DNA of 64,000 nucleotides from Neocallimastix sp. 'constans' (lineage: Eukaryota). Every line of letters begins with the position of its first letter. Within the stretch, counting starts at the first letter, position 1. Position numbers and translations under genes: made by a program. Below are positions 52,534-64,000 of the stretch, one piece after another. The stretch is from contig JBODTK010000014.1 in NCBI GenBank assembly GCA_050613775.1, positions 1,426,001 to 1,490,000 of the forward strand, in the 5' to 3' direction. The notes under the pieces are model-generated. The model was not told the origin of the DNA, searched no databases, and saw nothing but the letters and a program-made list of their open reading frames with translations.

Positions 52534-53707
52534 AGAATTATTGATAAATTTAAAAAAAAAAGTAGAAATAAAATAAAATAAAATAAAATAAATATAATAT
52601 AAAATATACAATAAATAAATAAAAAGAGATATATTTGTATATATATATATATAAAATTAAAATATTAATTCATCAAGAAAGCAAAAAAGCATTATTTAAT
52701 ATATATATATAAAATATATAATAAAAAAAAAGTTATAAAAGTAATAATAATATATAATTATTTTTATGTTTAATTAATTGTTAATGTATTTAATTGTTAT
52801 TTATAATATTTATATTATATATATAATTAAACTTACGTTCCCGTTAAATAAACTTGAATTGCTATTAACAAAAAGATATATTGAGATCGAAAACTAAATT
52901 CTTGAATAATAAAATTGGTAATATATTCGGAACCAATAGTGGTAACACAGTGATATATCATTGCTTTTTTTTTAAAAAAAAACATAAATAAAATAAAATA
53001 AAATTTAATGAAATGTAATATATATATTAAAATACATAAATTTAATTTTTTCGTAATTATTTAAAAATAAAAGTATAAATAAAAGCATATAAAAATTTTA
53101 ATATATCAATTAAATTTTTTCATAATTATTTAATATATATATATATTAGACAAAAGCATAAAAAATTTTTAATGAAAAAAATATTAATAATTATATATAT
53201 TTTTTTATCCAACAATTTATTATTTGTAAATATTTAAATGAATATTCATACAAAAAGATTATTTTTTATTAAAAAACACAATAATAATATTAATAAATAA
53301 ATTAAATTAAATATTTATTTAATAGTATATTATATTTATATACATTGAAAATGATAAATATTTTTATTATTGGAATTATATATATATTTATCTGTATAAA
53401 ACTTAATTAATGAAAGAAAAAAATAAAAATAAAATTTACCATAGGAATAAAGAGTGGTAAAGATTAAGAGACCATCAATGGAAGCCATCCCATAAGGAGT
53501 AAAAATATTTCTACGTTTTATTCCGATACGATAGATGATAAGAACGGAATCCAGTAGAGAGACGCAAACTGCTACAACTAATTTAATGTAATAAATGGAA
53601 CGAAAATAGGCTTCATCTCTACAATTATAAACATTTAGATTCCATCGACAAATATTTTTTTCTATATAATCTTCTTGATAATAATTATTTATATCCATAT
53701 TGGCCAT
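50919..53707 (-). CDS. 7-transmembrane GPCR-like protein, paralog B; exons 53707-53440, 52963-52837, 52412-51983, 51696-51509, 51093-50919
   Basis: Same intron positions and phases as paralog A; shared motifs NICRWNLNVYNC, QEFSF..QYIF.LIAIQVYLTGTLNASPRYQGSKF, MNLIPPAL, FPSTH; TAA at 50919-50921. Confidence 0.85.
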
Positions 53708-55482
53708 ATTGATTTATATCTATATCTATATTACTATTACTATAGTACTATAAAAATGTTTATATTTTATTATACTATATTGTATTGTATTATATTTTAT
53801 TGTATTATATTTAAACTTGTAAATTATTTTAATTATATTTTATATTGTAATATTGTTTATATTGATATTGTGTTGTAATAATAAAAATAATAATATAGTT
53901 TTCATTCAAATCATAAAAATTTCATTAGTAATCTATAATAATTATATAATAATCACTATTTATGCTATTTATATTATTTATATTTATATTATTTATATTA
54001 TTTTTTTGTTTTTTGATATTTATTTACAATTTTTATCATATCTATTAAACTATATTATTATTATTATTATTATAATCTTTTTTATGTTACCCTATTACTA
54101 TGAAATAAAAATATGTTATAAATATTTTTATTAATTATTAAATTAAATTATATTAATAGATATATATTTATTTTATATATTATATATTATATATTATTTA
54201 TTATTTATAATTTATATATATTATTTATAATTATTTTTATTGATAAAATTTGAAACAAAGATATACATATATATTATTTCTTTTTTTTTTTTTCCTCTCT
54301 TGAAAAATTTTATAATAATTTTTAAAATTACATATAAAGTGTTTTATTTTATTGTGGTCTATTACTTTTAATATTTGTATTTTTTTAAAAAAAAAATCAA
54401 ATACTTATTAATATTCTACATTCTACCTAAAATAAAAATGCTTATTATTTATTTTTTTTTATAATATATATAAATATTATTTTAAAAATAGTTGGAGTAT
54501 TTTATATTATATTATACTATTTTTCTCTTTTTTTTATATATATATATATATATATTATTTTTATATTAATTATGTAACATATATATTAAAAAAGAAAATA
54601 TTTATGAATTTTTTGTTATTTTGCTATGTACTTTTTTTTCTTTCTTTTCTTTTACTTTTATGTTGATTTATTTATTTATTATTAGTTTTTTTTTTTTTTT
54701 TATTTATTTTTATATTGATTTATTTTTTTATTATTAATTTTCTTGTTTTAATTTTGTTCTATGTTGATTTATTTTTTAATTATTATTCTTGTTTTGTTTT
54801 ATTTTGCTTTGTTTGCTTGAATGTTTTTTTTTTTTTTTATTTAATATTATGATATTTTATTTTTATTTTTTTTAATAAATTTATTAAATAAAATAAGTTT
54901 ACTTGATTTTAAAAAAAAAAATAAAATAAAATAAAATAAAATTAGTTCCTATATTTTATTATATAAGTATATATATATTTTTGTTTTGTTTTGCTTTGCT
55001 TATTACTCTATAAAGAGATTATACTTTTCTAATATCATAATATTTTACCTATTAATTAATTTTTTATCTATTTAATTTTTTTTTTTTTTTATTATTAAAA
55101 AAAATATAATTTAATTTCTTTTTTTCTATTTTATTATATTATAAATTAGGTAATATGGTTTTAAAAAAGAAAAGAAATTAAAAATAGATATTTTGTAAAA
55201 ACACTTTTTTATTTATTTATATAAAACTTTTTTATTGTTTATTTTTTTATTTTTTTTTTTGTATTGTTTATTTATTATTATTATTTTTTTAGAATCTACA
55301 TTAATTCTAAATAAATAAATAAAAAAATAACAATAATAATAATCTAAATATAATATTTAATATTTCATTATTAAATTTGATGTAATATTTAAAAAATTAT
55401 ATTAGATTGAAATAAAAATTTTTTTTTTTTTTTTATTTTTAATTTTTATTTGATTTTGTTTTTAAATTTATTTTTACGAAAG

Positions 55483-55518
<36 letters not shown>

Positions 55519-56454
55519 TTTTCTTTTCTCTTTTATACAAATAAAAAAAAAAATAAAAAAAAAAAAAAAAAAGGAAAGATAAAAATAAAAATTTATATAT
55601 ATTTTATTATATTTATTATATTTATTTATTATTTATTTATTTATTATATTTATTATATTTATTTATTATTTATTTATTTATTATATTTATTATATTTATT
55701 TATTTATTATATATATTATATTTATTTATTTATTTATTTATTTATTATATATATTATATTTATTTATTTATTTATTTATTTATTATATATATTATATTTA
55801 TTTATTTATTTATTTATTAATAAATAAAATTAAAGTTTAATAAAAAAAATTTTTTTTTTCTTTTTCTTTTTTTCTTTTTTGTTTTTTGTTTTTTTTTTTC
55901 ATTTTTAGAAAATTTTTTGAAAATCAAAAAAAAAATCAAAAATTAATAATTAAATCCATAAATAAATGGACAAATAGATAAATAAAGTATATTTAATAAA
56001 TGTATATATATTTAATAAATAAATAAATAAATAAATTTTATATAAAAAAAATGAAAAAAGAAAAAAAAATTTTTATTAATAAATTAAATTTTTTAAATGT
56101 TACACAAATCAAAATTAAAAAAATTAAAAAATATTAAAAAAATTAAAAAAAATGGAAACAAATAAACTTTAAATAATAATAAAAAGTAAATTCATAAACA
56201 TTTTTAAAAGTGGATGTAAAAAAAAAGATTAAAAAAAATTGAAATCCCTTTTTCTTTTTTTTCTTCTTTTTTTCTTCTTTTTCTTTTTCTTTTAAAAAGG
56301 TTTATAAATTCTTAAACTTCAAATTTAACATAATATAAATTAAAAAAAAAATAAAAAGTAAATAAATATTAATCCTAATTTAAATAAAAAATAAATAAAA
56401 GGTTAAGTTTTTATTTTTCTGTAATGTATAAATAATCGGATGATGAGAAAGCAT

Positions 56455-56545
56455 ACGGAAGTGTTGTTGACTAACCTCACCTCAATATTCCCATTGCCAT
56501 TAAGGGAGGGCTGAAACTGAGAGCGGTACAAACCAGAAATAAAAA
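56455..56545 (+). mobile_element. Short retroposon end (family C)
   Basis: aagtgttgttgacta...aatattcccat...gagagcggtacaaaccagaaataaaaa, related to 22220-22280 reversed. Confidence 0.5.
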
Positions 56546-56689
56546 ATAATAATTAAATGAATAAGAAAAATTAAAAAAAATTAAAAATTATTGAATGTTA
56601 AAAAAAAAAAAAAAAAAAAAAAAGAGAGAGAGAGAATAAGAACAATATATAATAAGATATATTGAAAACAGAAAAAACATAAAACAAAA

Positions 56690-58560
56690 ATAAATAATAA
56701 ATAATAAATAATTGAATAATAAATAATAAATAATAAATAGTAAATAATAAATAAATAATAAATAATAAATAATAAATAATTGAATAATAAATAATAAATA
56801 ATAAATAATAGATAATAAATAATAAATAATAATTAATAATTAATTAAATAATAAATAATTGAATAATTGAATAATAAATAATAAATAATAATAAATAATG
56901 GAATAATTAAATAATAAATAATAAATAATAAATAATGAATAATAAATAAATAAAAAAATAAATAAATAAATAAATAAATAATGGAATAATAAATAATTGA
57001 ATAATAAATAATAAATAATAAATAATAAATAATGAATAATAAATAATAAATAATAAATCTAAATAATAAATAATAAATAATAAATAATAAATAATAAATA
57101 GTAAATAATAAATAAATAATAAATAATAAATAATAAATAAATAAATAATGGAATAATAAATAATTGAATAATAAATAATAAATTATAAATAATAAATAAT
57201 AAATAATAAATAATAAATAATAAATAATAAATAATAAATAATAAATAATAAATAATAAATCTAAATAATAAATAATAAATAGTAAATAATAAATAAATAA
57301 TAAATAATAAATAATAAATAAATAAATAATGGAATAATAAATAATTGAATAATAAATAATAAATAATAAATAATAAATAATAAATAATAAATAATAAATA
57401 ATGAATAATGAATAATTGAATAATAAATAATAAATAATAAATAATAGATAATAAATAATAAATAATAAATAATAAATAATAAATAATAAATAATAAATAA
57501 TAAATAATTGAATAATAAATAATAAATAATAAATAATAGATAATAAATAATAAATAATAAATAATAAATAATAAATAATAAATAATAAATAATTGAATAA
57601 TAAATAATAAATAATAATAAATAATGGAATAATTAAATAATAAATAATAAATAATAAATAATAAATAATAAATAATAAATAATGGAATAATAAATAATAA
57701 ATAATAAATAATGGAATAATAAATAATAAATAATAAATAATAAATTATAAATAATAAATAATAAATAATAAATAATAAATAATAAATAATAAATTATAAA
57801 TAATAAATAATAAATAATAAATAATAAATAATAAATAATAAATAATAAAAAGAGTATTTATTAATAAATAATAAATAATAAATAATAAATAATAAATAAT
57901 GGAATAATAAATAATAAATAATAAATAATAAATAGTAAATAATAAATAATAAATAATAAATAATAAATAATAAATAAATAAAAAAATAAATAAATAAATA
58001 AATAAATAATGGAATAATAAATAATTGAATAATAAATAATGGAATAATAAATAATAAATAATAAATAATAAATTATAAATAATAAATACTACATAATAAA
58101 TAATAAATAGTAAATAGTAAATAAATAATAAATAATAAATAATAAATAATGGAATAATAAATAATAAATAATAAATAATAAATTATAAATAATAAATAAT
58201 AAATAATAAATAATAAATAATAAATAATAAATAATAAATAATAAATAATAAATTATAAATTATAAATAATAAATAATAAATAATAAATAATAAAAAGAGT
58301 ATTTATTAATAAATAATAAATAATAAATAATAAATAATAAATAATAAATAATAAAAAGAGTATTTATTAATAAATAATAAATAATAAATAATAAATAATA
58401 AATAATAAATAATAAAAAGAGTATTTATTAATAAATAATAAATAATAAATAATAAAAAGAGTATTTATTAATAAATAATAAATAATAAATAATAAATAAT
58501 TAATAAATAAATAATAAATAATTAATAAATAAATAATAAATAATAAATAATTAAAAAATT
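56690..58560. repeat. ~1.9-kb (AATAAAT)n heptamer satellite with AATGGAAT/AATTGAAT variants
   Basis: Directly visible. Confidence 0.95.
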
Positions 58561-58629
58561 GAATAATTAACACTAATTTTTTATTCAGAATAAAAATAAA
58601 TATTTCAAATATTTAGCAGAAAAAAATAT

Positions 58630-59395
58630 ATTTTCATATATACTTCATATCTTCATATTTCTATATTTTATATTTTATATTTTATATTTCTATATTTTAT
58701 ATTTTTATATTTTATATTTTATATTTCTATATTTTATATTTTATATATTATATTTTATATTTCTATATTTTATATTTCTATATTTTATATTTTTATATTT
58801 CTATATTTTATATTTTTATATTTTATATTTTATATTTCTATATTTTATATTTCTATATTTTATATTTTTATATTTTATATTTTTATATTTCTATATTTTA
58901 TATTTTATATTTCTATATTTTATATTTCTATATTTTATATTTTTATATTTTATATTTTATATTTCTATATTTTATATTTTATATATTATATTTTATATTT
59001 CTATATTTTATATTTCTATATTTTATATTTTTATATTTTATATTTTATATTTCTATATTTTATATTTTATATATTATATTTTATATTTCTATATTTTATA
59101 TTTCTATATTTTATATTTTTATATTTCTATATTTTATATTTTTATATTTTATATTTTATATTTCTATATTTTATATTTCTATATTTTATATTTTTATATT
59201 TTATATTTTATATTTCTATATTTTATATTTTATATATTATATTTTATATTTCTATATTTTATATTTCTATATTTTATATTTTTATATTTCTATATTTTAT
59301 ATTTTTATATTTTATATTTTATATTTCTATATTTTATATTTCTATATTTTATATTTCTATATTTTATATTTTATATTTTATATTTTATATTTTTT
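58630..59395. repeat. (TATTTTA/TATTTCTA)n satellite
   Basis: Directly visible. Confidence 0.95.
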
Positions 59396-59739
59396 ATTTA
59401 TTAAAATTTTAGTAGTTAATTAAATAAATTTAAATTATAAAATAAATAAATAAATATTTAATAAATAAGTAAATAAAATTATATTATATTAATAAATTTC
59501 ATAAATAAATTATATAACTTCTTCCAATAAGAGAGACTGAATCAAGGCGTATTTTATTGATTTTTAATATATACTTTTAAATAAATTTTTAATATAAACT
59601 TTAAAATAAATAAGAATATTAAAGTTATATATATAATAATATTCTTATTATATATATTTAGATGAAATAAACTATTTAATAAAATATTAAATATATTTAA
59701 TATTATAATTATTAATATATATGAATACTGAATAATAAC

Positions 59740-60720
59740 TGATATAAAATGTGATATGCGGGACTTTTATGTGCAATAATTTATAAGCAGTGGGTTTTAA
59801 ATAATGGTAGTTTAGTAAATTTTATTAATAATAATATTTGTATAATTAAAATAATAATTCTAATTCCTATAAATTTTTATAAGAGAGTTCTCTATTTCTA
59901 ATATAAATAATTTAATTTATAAGAAATAGGTAATCTATTAATTATATATTCTAATATATAGAACTATATAAATTTTATATGAAATAAAGTATTATAATTA
60001 TTATAATTATAATAATACATATTGAAATAAAATAAAATAAAATAATTATTATCAAAAAGATATAAATTTTATATTTAATAATTATTATTAAATATACAAA
60101 TATGTTACTACATATACTTGTTTTATATCAAATGAAATATTCAAACCTTAATTAATATAAAATAGTTTTTATTATTCAAACATAAATTAATGTCATAAAT
60201 CAAATTTAAGTCTAATGATTTTATGATATACTTAATATGTGGCTTGATTTTTATTTATTAATTATACTATTAATTAATAATAAAATTTATTGCATAAGTC
60301 AATGTTTTAATTCTTTTTTATTTTATATTTATATTTATATAGTTTTAAATATTTCCTTAAATAATAATTATTAATAGTTTATTTTAATCACAAAAACAAT
60401 TAATTAAATAGTTAATTATAACTAAATAACATAAAAATAAAAACATTTCTCTGATTAAGAGAAGTGTGAAGTTAAGTTGTGTTGTATTGAGTAATGTAAA
60501 GTTAGTTTGTTATTAAAAGTATAAGAAAGTTGTTAAATAGTCTTTTTAAATATAGGTAGTTTCTAAATATAATTAAATAAATAAATAAATAATAAACTAA
60601 TAAATTTAATAAATAAATCCCCAACAAAAGTACATCGAACTTTTGAGTTGTATATCAATATTTAATAATTATTATTAAATATACAAATATGTTAACTACA
60701 CCATTTGTTTTATATCAAGA
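59740..60720. repeat. Composite dispersed repeat (possible LTR remnants)
   Basis: Parts match 36600-36960 (reverse), 37630-37660 (reverse), 10800-10990 and 8280-8345 (direct). Confidence 0.7.
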
Positions 60721-61999
60721 TTATTTTATAAATCATATGATAATTAATCAAGTAATAAAATAATAATGATTAATTTATTTTTATGTAATTACTAATAAAA
60801 TACTGATTCTGGGCAGTACTGAGAAATTACATGAATATACACATCCATTGCATACAAGCATGTAATTATTTACTTAACCCTTTGCCATTTCCATACGATT
60901 TAGAGAGAGAGAGAAATAATTAGATATTTAAAAAGATGAGAATCTTTATATTTTTTTTTTTTCAATTTGTTAAGTGATAAATTTTTTTGGACAAACCAAA
61001 CTTATTAGGTACAAAAGATTTTTTTAGTGAGAAGTTTATTTAATAGAAAATTTAAATATAAAATTTATTTATTATTTAAAAATAATAAATTTAAATTAAC
61101 ACTAAAATAAAAATTTTTTTCTTATGTTAATAGAATGTCCACTTTTATTTATTAAATACACTTTTTTTTTTTTTTTTTTTTTATAAATATAACCTTCCTT
61201 CGTTATATTTACAAATTATAAAAGTTTTCTTTTATTTATTATTATATTAATATTAATGTATTTTTTTTAAATGAAATTCCTTTTATTTGGAATGAGCATT
61301 GATAATTTTACTTATTTTATTGTATATTACTATAGGAATATTTTCAATAATATCTTAATTGCGTTTGTTATTATTATAAAAAAGAGATTAAATTTAATTT
61401 CATTTTATTTAATTAAATATTTTTGATTTAATAAATATCAAATATAAATTTTATAAATTGAGAGTATATAACTATAATTTCATAAATTTCGTACAAAAAA
61501 TTTTATTTTTTGTTAATTTTAGTTTGAAAATATAAACAAATTTAATAATACAAAAAAAAAAAAAATGATAAAAAAAATTTTTTTAAATAAAAAATAATTA
61601 AAATAGAAAATTAAATAAATAATTAAAAATTTTTATTTTTTTTATGTCCAAAAGTTTTAAAAATTTTTTTTATAAAATTTTTTAATATCCAATTAAATTT
61701 TTAATATAAAATTTTTTTTTATATTTCTTTATTTTTTAATATTAATTATCAATCTATATAAAAATACCATTCATTTAATATTTTTTTTTATTTTTTATTT
61801 TTTTTTATTTTTTTTTTGTTTTATTATATTTTTGTTTTACTTTTTTGTTTTATTTTTAATTATATATTATATATATTTACTTAAAATATTTAAAGAATAT
61901 CTCTAACAATTATTATTTGTATATTCTTTTATTCATTAAGAAAATAAAAATTATTTAAAGAAAAGATAATAATTAAAAAAAAAAATAAATAAAATAAAT

Positions 62000-64000
62000 A
62001 TGACTAATAGTATTAATAAGAAATACGAATTATTGGAGAAATATATTGGAGGTTTCGATGCAGATAAACAGTTAGAACATTTTATATATGATAATTACGA
62101 TGATTTTGATTTATATATATCTTCTTCTTTAATTAAATTATTAATTAAAAGGAATAAAATGGAGTTATTAAAAATTATTTTTAATCATTTAAGGCTTTAT
62201 GATAATGATTTTATTAAATGATTACTTTTTCAATATAAAAATAAAACTTCTATTTCTATAATTAATTTAAATAAAGAAATCCATAAAGATAAATATAAAA
62301 TAATAATAGATTATGAAAAAGATTATAGTTATGGAGATTATGTTAATGATTATAAAATTAAAAATATGAATAAAAATTTAATGAATTATTTAGTAGAACA
62401 TGGAATAGATATAAATAAAGGAAATTGTTATGGTGAAACAGTATTATTTTATGCATGTAAAAGTGAAAATAAAGATTTAGTAGTATATTTGGTTGAACAT
62501 GGAGCAGATATAAATAAACAAAAATGTTATGGTGAGACACCATTATTTTATGCATGTGAAAGTGGAAATAAAGATATAGTAGAATACTTGGTGGAACATG
62601 GAGCAGATGTAAATAAAGAAAAATGTTATGGTGAAACACCATTATTTTATGCATGTGAAAGTGGAAATAAAGATTTAGTAAAATTCTTGGTGGAACATGG
62701 TGCAGATATAAATAAAGAAAATAATGCAGGTGAAACACCATTATTTAGAGCATGTGAAAGTGGAAATAAAGATTTAGTAGAATACTTGGTGGAACATGGA
62801 GCAGATATAAATAAAGAAAATAAAGATGGTGAAACTGTATTATTAATTGCATGTGAAAGTGGAAATGAAAATTTAGTAGAATACTTGGTGAAACATGGAG
62901 CAGATAAAAATAAAGAAATTAATAGGTTTGGTGAAACAGTATTATTTAGAGCATGTAAAAATGGGAACAAAAATTTTGTTGAATACTTGGTGGAACATGG
63001 AGCAGATATAAATAAAGAAAATAAAGATGGTGAAACTGTATTATTTATTGCATGTGAAAGTTGAAGTAAAAATTTAGTAGAATACTTGGTGGAACATGGA
63101 GCAGATAAAAATAAAGAAAATTTATGCAGTGAAACACCTTTATTTAATGCATGTAAAAGTGGAAATAAAGATTTAGTAGAATACTCGGTGAAACATGGAG
63201 CAGATATAAATAAAGAAGCTAAATATGGTGAAACTGTATTATTTATTGCATGTGAAAATGGATATAAAGATTTAGTAAAATACTTGTTGAAGCATGGAGC
63301 CAATATAAATAAAGAAAATAAATGGACAGGTGAAACAGTATTATTTAAACCATGTGAAAGTGGAAATCAAGATTTAGTAGAATACTTGGTGAAACATGGA
63401 GCATATATAAATAAAGAAAATAGATATTATGAAACAGTATTATTTAATGCATGTGAGAGTGAAAATAAAGATATAGTAGAATACTTGTTGGAACATGGAG
63501 CAAATATAAATAAAGAAAATTGGAATGGTGAAACTGTATTATTTAGAACATGTAGAAATGGAAATAAAGATTTAGTAGAATACTTGGTGGAACATGGAGC
63601 AGATATAAATAAAGAAAATTGGAATGGTGAAACTGTATTATTTATTGCATGTAGAAGTGGAAATAAAGGTTTAGTAGAATATTTGGTGGAACATGGAGCA
63701 GATATAAATAAAGAAGATAAAGATGGTGAAACTGTATTATTTATTGCATGTAGAAGTGGAAATAAAGGTTTAGTAGAATACTTAGTGGAACATGGAGCTG
63801 AAATAAATAAAGAAGATAAAGATGGTGAAACTGTATTATTTATTGCATGTGGAAGTGAAAATAAAAATGAATATTTAATATATATGGTGATACGTGGAGC
63901 AAATATAAATTGTAAAAATCAAGATTTAATTGAATACTTGGTGGAACATGGAGCAGATATAGATAAAGAAAATAAAGATGGTGAAACACCATTATTTATT
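62000..64000 (+). pseudogene. Ankyrin-repeat gene with two in-frame TGA stops; runs off the window end
   Basis: One continuous frame from ATG 62000; TGA at 62219-62221 (FIK*LLFQYKNK) and at 63062-63064 (ES* where sister repeats have ESG); highly similar GETVLF.ACESGNKDLVEYLVEHGADINKE repeats continue to 64000. Confidence 0.85.

Noticed and set aside
62219..63064. TGA recoding as Trp or Sec
   Set aside because: One TGA probably replaces Trp but the other replaces Gly (GGA); TGG is used for Trp elsewhere and TGA terminates the CBM18 gene.

Overview
Extremely AT-rich eukaryotic genomic DNA with GT-AG introns, poly(A/T) tracts and microsatellites. The GH11 sequence, CBM18 array and ankyrin expansion point to an anaerobic gut fungus (Neocallimastigomycota, probably Neocallimastix); this is an inference. 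Genes: last exon of a 5xCBM18 protein; a secreted Gly-rich repeat protein; an intronless, compositionally atypical gene of ~27-29 ankyrin repeats ending in a complete YoeB/Txe-family (RelE superfamily) RNase toxin domain, split by a 1-nt frameshift; two tandem GH11 xylanase-CBM1 genes, one cut off from its CBM1 by two in-frame TAA codons; an orphan with 21-aa acidic repeats; two tandem 5-exon 7TM (GPCR-like) paralogs; and an ankyrin pseudogene. Intergenic DNA holds a decayed Ty1/copia element, LINE fragments of at least two families, a 92-bp palindromic element with filled and empty sites, dispersed duplications and satellites. The standout candidate for a new system is the fungal ankyrin-YoeB fusion with no visible antitoxin.
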